A DNA stretch of 64,000 nucleotides from contig NC_058368.1 of assembly GCF_018350175.1 (NCBI RefSeq), forward strand, positions 176,950,001 to 177,014,000, written 5' to 3'. This DNA comes from Felis catus (lineage: Eukaryota). Under the pieces are notes generated by a model. It was not told the origin of the DNA, ran no database searches, and saw only the letters and a program-made list of their open reading frames with translations. Position numbers and translations under genes: made by a program. Positions 13,771 through 26,349 of this stretch are shown here, in pieces; the stretch's first letter is position 1; each line of letters begins with the position of its first letter.

Positions 13771-13991
13771 GGGGCACTTGGGTGGCTCAGTCACTTGAGC
13801 ATCCGACTTCGGCTCACGTCATGATCTCGCGGTTGATGAGTTCGAGCCCCGCGTCAGGCTCTGTGCTGACAGCTCAGAGCCTGGAGCCTGCTTCGGATTC
13901 TGTGTCTCCCTCTCTCTCTGCCCCTCCCCCACTCATGCTCTGTCTCTCTCTCTCTCTTTCTGTCAAAAATAAATAAACATTAAAAAAAAAA
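13771..13991 (+). mobile_element. Can-SINE
   Basis: TSD TTTAAACACA. Confidence 0.9.
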
Positions 13992-14905
13992 TTTAAACAC
14001 AGAGGAAAGGGGAGATTCACGTGTGTTACGCTTGGTGACTGAATTCTCACCCCAGCCCGTTTTCATGTAATTTAGAAGACAGAAGCCATGGTGGGCTGGT
14101 GACTGTTCCAGTCTCATTTTGGATGCCTTATATTTTCAGCCTATTGGTAGTGGCCACAAAGTTCAGTTCATTGACTTATTTGTTCATTAATAAGTATTTC
14201 TCAGTGTCCCAACCCCATTCTCATTAGCCTGTGTGAGTGTTTTGAATATGGTAGATGTTTTTATTTTTTATCCAAATTGATAATCAGCTGACATTAATGT
14301 TCCAGTTTGAACAAAGGACGTGATATGAATAACCTTGTAAGAAAACATTCATTATGTATTCTTTCAAGCTTCCCAGGGGAAGTCCTGGTAATTATAATGC
14401 AATTTATGCTTTATAAAGAAATCAGCCATTAATACCTCCTTCTAAACCATAAATGATTTTTTTTCTCTCCCCTGAGCTATCTGGTTATAAACTTCTTACC
14501 CCTTTTGTTCTTCCTTTTCAACCCATAACTTCTCTGTAACAGATTAACTAATTGGGGTTAAATAAAACCCCTCAGTCATTTTTGTGGTGATTGTGCAAAT
14601 GAGGTTCATCTATAAGCCAGGAGCCAGAGCAGCTGGTAAGCTCATCATCTCCAGTTTGTGGTGTCTTTGACGAAGGACTTTTGGCTAAGTATTTAGGAAG
14701 TTGAGGCACTGAGGGAACTGCTCTGGAACACTGTGTTGGGGTGAATTGGGTTTAGAGATCTGTTTTTTGCCTTTTTGGTTGTTAAGGTCGCTGATTTATT
14801 TCTTTACAAGATATCCCAGCACAATTTGAATATCCCCTTAGCTTGATCCAAACACTAATAATATTAGTAAATTTGGATTCTGTGTGCTTTTTTTTTTCCT
14901 TTACC

Positions 14906-15116
14906 TTTTTTTTTTAAGTTTATTTATTTTGAGAGCGAGAAAGCAAGCACCAGTGGAGGAGGGGCAAAGAGAGAGACGGAGAGGGAGAACCCCAAGCAGG
15001 TTCCATGCTGTCAGCAAGGAGCTTGATGCAGGGCTCGATCTTACAAATGGTGAGATCATGACCTGAGCTGAAATCAAGAGTTGGATGCTTAACCGACTGA
15101 GCAACCCAGGTGCCCC
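14906..15116 (-). mobile_element. Can-SINE
   Basis: Consensus body; TSD-like TTTTCCTTTA. Confidence 0.88.
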
Positions 15117-15399
15117 TCTTTTCCTTTATCCTCTTTTAATGAAAGTGTGAATCAGGTACGAAATGGCTTAGAAAACGTGAGGGTAAGGGGCTAGGGTCCT
15201 GGTTAAGGTAAGGTTAAGACCAAATCATTGGCCATGGGCCTTCATGATGATCTTTGATGAGCAGCTGGCAGTGATTGGCCTTATATATTTTTTCTCCTCT
15301 ACAGTGGCAAGCTAGCAAGAGGCTTGAGCATTTTGCAGGGTATAAATAAAAATGCATTCATTGAGCTGAAACTCTTACTCATATCTTCTCTTTTTGAAG

Positions 15400-15797
15400 G
15401 TGCACTTACAGAGTGCTATGATGAACTGGGAAACAGATACCAGCTTCCAGTCTATTGCTTGGCACCACCAATCAACATGATCGAGGAAAAGAGCGACATA
15501 GAGACTCTGGATATTCCTGAGCCACCACCTAATTCTGGATACGAATGTCAGCTCCGTTTGCGCCTTTCCACAGGCAAAGACCTCAAACTTGTGGTCCGCA
15601 GCACAGACACGGTATACCACATGAAGAGGAGGCTACATGCAGCAGAAGGAGTGGAACCGAGTAGTCAGCGATGGTTCTTTTCTGGCAGACCTCTCACCGA
15701 CAAAATGAAGTTGGAAGAGCTGAAGATCCCAAAGGACTATGTTGTACAGGTTATAATGAGCCAGCCTTTGCAAAACCCAACACCAGTGGAGAACTGA
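15400..15797 (+). CDS. UBTD2: Terminal coding exon of ubiquitin domain-containing protein 2 (DC-UbP); includes the C-terminal ubiquitin-like domain
   Basis: Translation [24 protein letters not shown]...[27 protein letters not shown]...NPTPVEN* matches the recalled UBTD2 C-terminus. Acceptor tcttctctttttgaAG ends at 15399 (phase 1); stop TGA 15795-15797. Synteny with EFCAB9/STK10. Confidence 0.96.
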
Positions 15798-18030
15798 TTG
15801 GTCCTATTGGCTGGTCCCCAGATCCCTCCCGCCCCTTTTTATTGTTGTTGTCATTTCCTACTCTATGGCGTGAAATTTATTTTCACTGCTCTGAATTCCG
15901 TATGAATGGATTTAGTTCTGAGGAATTACCAGTGAAAAATTCCATCTGTGATGGAGACCAACAAAAATAATTAATAAAACACAAAGAGCCAGCCTTTGAG
16001 ACTCATGTAATTACAGTTTCTAATTTGTAAGGCAGTTAAAAAATAGATAACCATTTATTTTAAAATAGCCAACAACAATGTAATGACTGTATTTAAACAA
16101 TTTGGACTGTAAATAGAATGTTATGTCCATGAAGAACAGCACCAAGCACCTTGTGAATACAGAATCAAAAAAAAAAAAAATAGATTCAAGAAATCATCAA
16201 TAACAGTTATAAAACTTGAGCTTTTTAAAATGGAAACTGAAAAGAGCAGTATTCAAGGTTCACTTCTATTCTGGTCTTGATTCTTTGCTCAATAGTATTT
16301 AGCCATAAAGGAGTAGAGACTGGCAAATTGTGTTTTAGTATTGCTTTCCCCATCCCCATATCTTGAGCTCCTTATTTACATTCACACTAAATTTTGGTGC
16401 CTTCCAACACATTGGTGGCAGGCACCCTTCTGGAACACTAGGCAATAATTTAGTGCGGTCAGATCTCTGATTTTCAGCTGATACTCACTTGAAAAGTCAC
16501 TTGTCCATTTGCTGCATAGATATTTTGAAATGTCTCTATGATGAAGCTGTTTTTATATCCAGGCTTAGAAGGTCACTACAATGTAATACCTTCAATTCAT
16601 CTACCTACTGTGCTTGGGACTTTTCAGCATGTTCCCCCAAATGCACTGGGCCAGGGAATGCAAGGAATCAAGGGCAAGTGTTCCCACTGTAAGATAATAA
16701 GGTAAATTCTCTCTTCTCCCCCACTCTGCAGGAAGGGTGTAAGGAAAACCCATTGTATCTGTGCCTGGGAGAATTGTGCCTATTTTCAGTCTTTAAGAGA
16801 AAATTTCAACTCCTAATTTACTAGTATGTTTACGGACATCGCTTAAACATCAGCAGTGAGACCAAATGATGAAATATTGCTTTATATGTTAGTGCTTTCC
16901 AGTTCACTGTTACCTCTACTTGTGGTGGATGACAATTTTCCTCTCTCATCTTTCCTAGCAAAGAGTCCAGTTAAGAACCATGTGCAGATTAGATGAGAAG
17001 ACAAAAAAATCTGATGAGAGCGCCTGATTCTCTCATACTATGACTGGAATAAAGCTGCCAAGGGTTATATTTAATTTGGAGCCTTTTCGAAGTTCCACAA
17101 ATGAGAAGGGGGCTATCCCATAATCACTGTAGCCCCAAGCCTCGGTGAGATGGCAAGGTAGAGGCAGGAAGGTGCTTATACTGCTCTCCCTGGAAAATGA
17201 TCAGACCTCCACACCTATTTGGATGAGAAGCATTATTATTATTAATTTTAATGGCAAAATGAAACTGCTAATGTAAAGTTTAAAATGGCATTAAATTTCC
17301 TATAGCCTGATTAGATATAATATCTGTAATTGTAACTTGTGTTTCTGAGAGCTTTACTTCCCTTTCTTTATGCAATCATCTTAAAGATTGTGGCTACATT
17401 TAATTTAGGATTGCTAATAATTGAATCTAAATTCAAGAGACGATAGCAGCGTTCATTCCGAAGGAGTATTTTGATATTTGAAGGTAGAGGTTTGAGGGTA
17501 TTTGACTGTAATGCCCTGTCATCGAAGAGTTTCGTTGTCATTTGTGTGCCACATTGACTAATAGCAACATCTCTCAAAGTCAGACAACTGGAAAAGTGTT
17601 CAAACCTATTTTTCTTAAGTTACATTGGGTGATATCATCAATAATCTATGGTTGGTAAGAAGTTTTCTTGTTTGTTTAGAATTTGAGCTCTCAAGAATTT
17701 ATTTTGTTTTAAAGGAAAATATACTTTGCATAACAATTTTCTGGGCATGTTTAACTAACCTGGATGAGAAAACCATGGTGCTGTTTAATGTAAATAGATT
17801 GATACAAGATTGGACCAATACTTGATGTGTACAATTTTAGTATGTAGGGTTTTTGTGCTTTTTTTAAAAAAAAAAAAGTTCAATTTTTCTCTTTGTCTTG
17901 GCTTTTATTCTGGGTTTTTGTTATTCTCTACAGAAGGGTAATCTGCCTCATTCTAATGAAACCTCTAAGAAGGTTTTTCTTCTTTTGAAAAAACCTTACC
18001 TCAATAAATAACAAGTTCATTATCACCAGG
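15798..18030 (+). other. UBTD2: UBTD2 3'UTR (end inferred)
   Basis: SINE-free AT-rich stretch after the stop, with AATAAA at ~15973, 17048-17053 and 18003-18008; SINEs resume at ~18120. Confidence 0.7.
18003..18008 (+). terminator. Likely distal polyadenylation signal of UBTD2
   Basis: AATAAA at the end of the repeat-free UTR block. Confidence 0.6.
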
Positions 18031-18123
18031 CTTTGGCTCTGCTGTGCCAAACCATACATGGTCATTTATAGATATGCTTTATCTTTCACGTTGAAATCTT
18101 GGTCTAAAGTAGGCTATTGTGTT

Positions 18124-18688
18124 TTTTTCTTTTTTTTTTTTTTTTTTTTCCTCTCTTTTAGAGCTAGAGTGTGAGTAGGGGAGAAGGGCAAAGAAAGAGA
18201 ATCTTAAGCAGCCTCCATGCTCAGGGCAGAGTAGCAGAGCCTGACACGTGGCTCATTTCCATGACCCTGGGATTGTGACCTGAGCCAAAATCAAGAGTCA
18301 GATACTCAACTGACTGAGCCACCCAGGCGCCCCAGCTGCTGCTGCTGTTTTTTTGTTTTGTTTTTTTGTTTGGTTTTGTTTTTTTGAGTCATAATTCAGA
18401 ACTCATAATTCCGTTTTCTAGAAACTGAACTTTCTTACCCGTTTGCATCAAAGTGGCAGGTTTTGATAATTATTTTATTTTTAAATTTTTTAATGTTTAT
18501 TTAGTTTTGAGAGAGACAGAGCACAACCATGGGAGGAGCAGAGAGAGAGGGAGACACAGAATCTGAAGCAGGCTCCAGGCTCTGAGCTGTCAGCACAGAA
18601 CCCGACACGGGGCTCAAACCCATGAACCATAAGATCATGACCTGAGCTAAAGTCCTACGCTTAACCAACCAGGCCACCCAGGTGCCCC
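18124..18688 (-). mobile_element. Two Can-SINEs (~18124-18333, ~18470-18688)
   Basis: Poly-T tails and reverse-complement SINE heads. Confidence 0.85.
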
Positions 18689-18837
18689 TAATACCAGGCA
18701 CCCCAATTAATCCTTTATTCAAAATAGGTGATAAATACACATGGAGAGGAAATCCAAACATACCAAAGTAATCTATCCACTCCCTAGATATAACAACTCT
18801 TACCACTCTTCTGGGTATCTTTAAAGATGCTCTATCA

Positions 18838-19248
18838 CAGCAGTTCCTCAACTTGAGCATGCATCAGAATTACCTAGAAGGCAGGGTGCCTGGGTGGCTC
18901 GGTCGGTTGGGCTTCCGACTTCGGCTCAGGTCATGATCTTACGGTCCGTGAGTTTGAGCCCCGCGTCAGGCTCTGTGCTGACAGCTTGGAGCCTGGAGCC
19001 TGTTTCAGATTCTGTGTCTCCCTCTCTCTCTGCCCCTCCCCTGCTCATGCTCTGTCTCTCTCTGTCTCAAAAATAAAAACATTAAAAAAAAATTTAGAAT
19101 TATCTAGAAGGCATATTAAAACACACATTGCCGGACTTTTCTCTTGCGAGTTCCACATTAGGTCTGAGTGGGGCCACAGTAATTTGGTTTTCTGAACATT
19201 CCCAGGTGCTATTGTTGCTGGTTGAGATTCACACCATTAGAACCACTG
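18838..19248. mobile_element. MER5A-like hAT relic interrupted by a + Can-SINE (18884-19095)
   Basis: 18-bp TSD AGAATTAYCTAGAAGGCA at 18866-18883 and 19096-19113; MER5A-like ends. Confidence 0.75.
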
Positions 19249-20199
19249 TTCTGGTGTACCTTGAATACATTCACCCACCCTACCCTGTTTTTTCTGTAAA
19301 TATGCATAAATACATATACTATTCTGCACCTTGATTACTCGTTAAAGTGATAAATCTTGGATCTGCATCATCCTTCTTATTCTACTGTCTGGGGTACCAG
19401 TTATTTCAGACTAAATTTGGTCAGATTGGCTATTTGCAATCTTGCTGCTGTAAACCATGCTGCCGTGAAATGTCCTTCTCTATAGTTATGTCTTGGTGTC
19501 TATGTATGTCTATAGAATGCACTCCTGAAGAGAGAATTGCTAGATCGAAGAGTCTGTACATTTAGAGAGTAGAAGCACAATTGCCCTCCAAGTAGATTTT
19601 ACCAGTTTAACACTAGAGCAATATGACTGCTTTGGTTTTCCTATATACCCTAACCAACATTTTGATCTTTGACAATCTAAGTGAAAATCTGTGTCCTGTG
19701 GTCCTACTTTGTATATTTTCTTTGAAGTTTAGCATTTTACTTTAGGCCTTTTTTTTTTCCCCCTGCAAATTGTCTGTTTGCTCATATTTCTAGTGCATTT
19801 TGGTCCTTATCCTCTTGATTTGTAAATATTTAAGGGAATTAGTCATTTTCTATCCTGTATTACCATTTGTTTTTGGTTTGGGTAATTTACCATGCACAAA
19901 TTTGAAGTTTTCCTTGGTTGGATCTATCAGTCTTGTGTTTTATGGCTTCTGGGTTTTCTTCTTTACTTCAAAAGGTCTTACTCACCTGGATTATAGAAGT
20001 TTTTTTCTCATGTTTTTAATATGTTTTATGGTTTCATTATCTGGAATTATTTTGGTGCAAGGAATATAGTAGCTGCCCAGATTTATTTCTTTGTTTTTGT
20101 AGGTAGCTAGTTAATCCCACTTTTCCTGATACTACTTACTGAATAATTTTCATTGTTCTTTTTTCCCATTGATGTGGGAAAAATCACTCTTATTTTATG

Positions 20200-21017
20200 G
20201 CTTTTTAAGTTTGTTAGAGTGTGTATGTGCATGAGCGGGGGGCGGGGGGCAGAGAGAGAGGGAGGGAGAATCCTAAGCCAGCTCCACACACAGTGCAGAA
20301 CCTGACGCCAGGCTCGATCCCACGAACCATGAAATCATGACCAGAGCTGATATCAAAAGTCAGTTGCTTGGGGTGCCTGGGTGGCTCGGTCATTTAAGCA
20401 TCTGACTTAAACTCAAGTCATGACCTTGTGGTTTGTGAGTTTAAGCCCCACATTGGGCTCTCCCCTCTTGGTGAGGAGCCTACTTCAGATCCTCTGTCTC
20501 CTTCTCTCTCTGCCCCTCCCCTGCTCATCCTCTCTCTCTCAAAAATAAATAAACGTTAAAAAAAAAGTTGCTTGGGGCGCCTGGGTGGCGCAGTCGGTTA
20601 AGCGTCCGACTTCGGCCAGGTCACGATCTCGCGGTCCGTGAGTTCAAGCCCCGCGTCAGGCTCTGGTCTGATGGCTCGGAGCCTGGAGCCTGTTTCTGAT
20701 TCTGTGTCTCCCTCTCTCTCTGCCCCTCCCCCGTTCATGCTCTGTCTCTGTCCCAAAAATAAATAAACGTTGAAAAAAAAAAATTAAAAAAAAAAAAGTT
20801 GCTTAACTGGCCACCCAGGCACCTATTTATTTATTTATTTGCTTGCTTATTTGTTTGTTTATTAATTACAGAGAGCACAAGCTGGGCAGGGGCAGAGGGA
20901 GAGAGAGAATCTCAAGCAGTCTCCATACCCAATGCAAGAGCCCCACACGACTGAAATCATGACTTGAGCGGGAATCAAGAGTCCGACACTTAACTGACTG
21001 AGCCACTCAGGTGCCCC
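20200..21017. mobile_element. Nested Can-SINE cluster (four copies)
   Basis: - SINE split by two + SINEs (20370-20565, 20574-20796), followed by another - SINE. Confidence 0.9.
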
Positions 21018-21382
21018 TTTTCACGGTTTTTAAGACTATACTTTTTTTAATGGTCTAATTGAACTATATAATTAGCAAATATATCTGTGTCTGCCTCCAA
21101 CTTTCAAATGTTATGATTTAACATTTTTATTTACAGAAAAGAAAGAAGAGTGTGGCTGATAACCTCCCTTGCAGTAACTGGCCTCCTGTGATTTCTGTTC
21201 TCTGGCTCTGTGAAGGGTGTTCATGAAGGTAGCCCCATTTTGGCGGGTGTCGGCAGAGTTGATTTGGCCTTTTCTAGTCTCTGTCTTTGGCATGAGGCAA
21301 GTGATAATACAAGAGGGCTAAGGACTAGTGGAAGAGAAATGATTTCACTTTGCTTAGCTTCCTCTAAAATTCTTTCCTCTCG

Positions 21383-21899
21383 CGGCGCCTGGGTGGCTCA
21401 GTTGGTTAAGCGTCTGACTTAGGCTCAGGTGGTGATCTCACGGTTCGTGAGCTTGAGCCCCGCATCGGACTTTCTCCTGTCAGCGTGGAGCCCACTTTGG
21501 ATTCTCTGTTTCCCTTTCTCTCTGCCCCTTCCCCACTCACACTTTTTCTCAAAAATAAATGAAAATTAAACATAAGATGATTTCCTCTGTATAGCTGATA
21601 CAGTTTGTGGAGGAACCCGTCCTGTGGTGCTGGGTTCCGGGGCTGACACTGTAGTCCTCTCCCCAGCCCAGCCTGCCGTTCTCCTGCACTGCAAGTGCGG
21701 CCGCTCTGCCCATTGCTTAGGCTCCCTGAACAACACGTGTTTTGCTGACCAAGGAATTCTAATCTAACTATGACATAGAATATAGTGTGTTAACCACCAC
21801 CCAAAAAATACGTAAATGTACTTGGTCCAACCGGACACAGTGGATTAACTCACTGTGGAAATAAACTTAATTGAAGCATCTACATACACATTTGTATTC

Positions 21900-21933
<34 letters not shown>

Positions 21934-22730
21934 TTACATTTATTTATTTTGAGAGAGAGGGAGAGAAGGAGAATCCCAAGCAGGCTTCGAACTGTCAGTG
22001 CAGAGGCCTCCCCACCCCCGATGCAGGGCTCGAACTCACAAACTGTGAGATCATGACCTGAGCTGGAATCAGGAGGCAGACGCTTAACCGATGTAGCCAC
22101 CCAGGTGCCCCATACACAGACATTTTTAAAAACTTTAAGTCCCGGTGTGCCTTGGTGCCTCTGTCGGTTAGTGACTGGCTTCAGTCTCATAGGTCAGGAG
22201 TTCAAGCCCCACATCAGGCTCGGTGCTGACAGCTGAAGCCTGCTTCAGATTCTGTGTCTCCCTCTCTCTCTGCCCTTCCCCCACTTGTGCTTGCTCTCTC
22301 TCAGAAATAATAAACATTAAAAAAGAAAAAAGTTTAAAAACTTGAAGTCCTGTAATGTAATTGAGAAAAAAAGTTCCAAAGTAGACCTTGACAGATTGTT
22401 TTCTTTGTTGTACCCCTAGTCTCCAAAGTGTCACTTTACCCCTGCTATTGAATTTTAGTTTTTACACAGAGTTTCAGTTGGGGCCCATCAGAGCTGAATG
22501 CTCAGTTTCCTGATTCCATTCTTAAACTGCCCAATTTATGAAAATGCTCTTAGGATTTCTTAGGGGCGCCTGGGTGGCTCAATTGGTTAAGTGTTGGACT
22601 CTTGATTTCGGCTCAGGTCATGATCTCACAGTCAGGTTGGTCTCTGCACGGGGTGTGGAGCCTGCTTGAGATTCTCTCTCTCCCGCTCGGGCTCTCACTC
22701 TCTCTCTCTCTCAAAAGAAATAAACAAACA
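21383..22730. mobile_element. Four dispersed Can-SINEs (+21383, -21900..22111 with (TTA)n tail, +22144, +22563)
   Basis: SINE consensus matches. Confidence 0.8.
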
Positions 22731-24018
22731 TTTTTTTTTTAAGGATTTAAAAACATCTGATAGTTGGATCATGTACCTTTTATTGTCACCTAATGATATC
22801 CAGGGAGGAGGGAAAACTCATTCCTGAAACTTTAGTCATTTGATACTCATTTTAAATTAACTGAAATAAATGAGTAAGTTATTTTAAATTTTAGTTTAAA
22901 ATTTAGTTAAAATTCAAACCAATGAACTTATCTTCAACTTTCCCTTCTTCCTTCCTACCCCCATTCTGAAATAGTTAAAGGTATAGTATCTTCATTGTTT
23001 TAGAGACTGTGTCTGTAAAAATCACATATGCCATGGTTCCTTTTTATATATCTCAGGACTGTTGCCCTTGGAAAATAGGAAAGAGAAACCTTTCTAAGAC
23101 CTCATTATAGTTTCTCCTCCCAGAACTCTGTAGATCTTAAGGCTGTCTGGTAACAAAAGCTATCTAGGCTTCCAGAAAAGAGGCAGAAACCTATCCCAAG
23201 ATAAGCTTATTGGCAAGACCCTTTGAAATGATGATGGATTTCCAGCTGTCATTTTGCAGCTAAATACCAGTCTCTCAGTTCAATACTCTGTGTCTGTTCA
23301 GTAGTGTCTAAACTGTTTGCCAGAGGGTATTCTCCTTGGGGAATACCTGCAAACTTTTCACCAAATCAGAGGAAGAGAGGAGCATTGTTCTGAGGTGCTT
23401 TGTATGTTAAATACACAGTGTGTTCACGGTAAAGAACTTGATTTGTGTTCTTGCAAGTTTGACTTACCAGCCACAATCTTAGATAAGCAGTATTCTTTTC
23501 TGTTGCACGTTGAAGGTGATTTCTGATGGTTATTAGGTAATGAAGTCTGGATGCCTTATGGTTGGTTATAATGTATAACCGATCCTTAAGAAATTCCTGG
23601 TTTATAGTAAATGAGCTGTATTTCTTTAATTGCCCAACTTGTTCCTCTAAAGTTTATGGTAGAAGGAGAGGTGGTAATTAGCATTGTGCAGAAGGGGATT
23701 CAGAGCCAGTGAAATCCTGGCTTGAAATTTAAACAGAATCTGCTAGAACTGAAGTCAGTTACTCCGATCATTTGCTCTGAGCACGGGCATCTAACTGACC
23801 TTCAATTTGAATCATGGTCCTACCACTAGCACACTATGTGTTTTGGGGAAAGGTTGTTAATTTCTCTAGGCCTCAATTTCCTCACCTGTAAATTCTGGAT
23901 AACACCTGATTCACAGGGTTATGAGTATAAATAACTTCATGCGTCTAAAGCACCTGCCTAACCCATAGCAACTACTTACTAAATGGTAATTATCACCATT
24001 AATATCACAGTGCAGTCA

Positions 24019-24178
24019 GGGGCGCCTGGGGCTCAGTCAGTTAAGTGTCCAACTCTTGATTTTGGCTCAGGTCATGGTCTCACAATTCTGTGAGTTTTAG
24101 CCCCACTTCAGGCTCTGTCCTGACAGCTAGGAGCCTGTTTGGGATTCTGTTTCCCTCTTTCTGTTCCCTCCCCTGCTT

Positions 24179-24237
<59 letters not shown>

Positions 24238-24681
24238 CTGTCTGTCTCTCAAAAATAAGTAAATAAACATTAAAAAAATATATATATCACAGTACATTCA
24301 GGTGGGCGAATTCACAAGTCCCATACTAAAATCATTTAAAAATTATTCAAGGCATTACTTATACAAAAAAATAAAATTATACAAGGACATGTAATAATTA
24401 TTTTACCGTAGTAGATTTGTACAGTTGCTTAAGCACCTAACTTAGTAATTTAGGTCCTAGGAAGAACAAGCCCCCTATATCCTTAAAAGTCTTAGGGCCC
24501 CTGGGTGGCTCAGTCGGTTAAGCGTCCAACTCGTGATTTCAGCTCAGATCGTCTCAGCGTTCGTGAGATTGAGCCCCATGTCGGTCTCTGCGCTGACAGT
24601 GCAGAGTCTGCTTGAGATTTTCTCTCTTCCTCCCTCTCTCTCTGCCCTTCCCCTGCTCACTCGCTCTCAAAATAAATAAAC
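24019..24681 (+). mobile_element. Two Can-SINEs (24019-24285 with (CT)n, 24496-24681)
   Basis: SINE consensus; TSD ATATCACAGT. Confidence 0.85.
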
Positions 24682-25120
24682 TTTTTTTGTTGTTGTTGTT
24701 TTTTTAAAGAGGAAAAAATGTCTTTCCCTTACAGGTAGAGGCACTTCACCAATTTGAAGTGTCTTGCATCCAGGTGGTTTTAGCTTAAGGCTTGAGAGAA
24801 TCGAAAGGATTCTGAGAGTATTGGACAACTAGTGAACAAACATTGGAAAAGTATCATTGTCTTTCAGCTGCTTAGCTCCAGCCAGTGTTTGTAAGTATTT
24901 GGATATGCAGGGACCTTAGGAGCAGTGTTGATCTGAAAAGCGGCAACAGAACTGAGACGTGCACTTCATGTTACATTATTGTGGGGTCAAGAAGTTATTA
25001 AAGGATTAACTTGCTGATCGAAGAACACGTATTTGAACCTTTCAAGTGTAGAAGTCAATGTAAAGATACCCACTTCGATCTTCTAAATGTATTTTTAGGC
25101 ATGTTAACAGCTGTAATTAC

Positions 25121-25318
25121 TTACATTCTACTTTCAGATCTATTTGTAAAAGAAGACTGTTTGGAGCTCACGTTAACCTGATGCTGCGTTTTCTTTTTGA
25201 GCAGAGCCTTTTTCTCTTTCTTTCTCTTTTTCTCGTTCTCTTTCTCTGCTTTCTGCCTCTCCTGGTATTTGTCCATGGTGAAGATAGTAAACAGCTTAAA
25301 TTCCTTGTAATTAAGACG
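25121..25318 (-). CDS. EFCAB9: EFCAB9 coding exon 4 (last; not in ORF track)
   Basis: Acceptor cctcaacaaaAG; hand translation RLNYKEFKLFTIFTMDKYQERQKAEKENEKKRKKEKKALLKKKTQHQVNVSSKQSSFTNRSESRM*; completes the EF-hand loop DVTGDR-RLNYKE; TAA 25123-25121. Confidence 0.9.
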   Translation of the reverse strand, partial: RLNYKEFKLFTIFTMDKYQERQKAEKENEKKRKKEKKALLKKKTQHQVNVSSKQSSFTNRSESRM

Positions 25319-25973
25319 CTTTTGTTGAGGGAAAGAAAGAAAAATTATTTCAGGAAGGATTTGATACTTTGTTTCAGATGACTACAGGATTGTAATCATT
25401 TCTCATTTAAAAACTTGGAAACTTGAAGAGGCTCAATAATTAGGACATAATTATAGTCTGATTGTCGTCTAGGAGCCAGGAACAGAGAGTGTATTGTAGA
25501 CTCCAAAGGAGCCATGGGTCACTTTCTTACTTCTGCGTCCAGTCCAGACGCTTCGGGCTGGCATCCAAGGTTCTACACAGTATCATCCATCTTTTTCAAC
25601 CTTAGCTCCCACTCTCTTCCCTGCCATAGTCTCCCTCTTTAAATAGGCAGGATTCAGGGTCTTTACCATACTTGTGTCCTCTTAGGAGTTTGCTCCTGCG
25701 TTACCACCAGAGACTTTCTTCCTTTCTACTTAGTTAACTCTATACACTCTTTCCCCAATGCCACCTCCTGCCATATTGATCTAGTCACTTCTCTGAACTT
25801 CTAAACAAAATTTTCGTCTCTAACCTTCTGTAATTTTGCATCTATATGCTATAACACGTATTCGGTCCTCTCTCTTCATGGGCCTATAAATCTCTGGGTT
25901 TTTTTTTCCTGCTCCCAGTGCCATGACACGCTCAAACAGGATTTCCCCATCTTCCTCCCCACTGCGTCTATCA

Positions 25974-26225
<252 letters not shown>

Positions 26226-26349
26226 CTATTGAGAGAAGAAATACGTAATAAGATGAACAGTGTTGTTGGTGCTACTTTCAAAACTTGGGCTGCATCAAGA
26301 GTAGTATATTCACTTATCCATTTCCCAGAGAACTAAAAGCAAAAGGCAG

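Noticed and set aside
15165..15220. Telomere-like GGTAAG/GGTTAAG/CTAGGG run
   Set aside because: Too short and degenerate to call an interstitial telomere
15324..15399. N-terminal part of the 157-aa ORF
   Set aside because: Intronic read-through from a TTG start; homology begins at the acceptor
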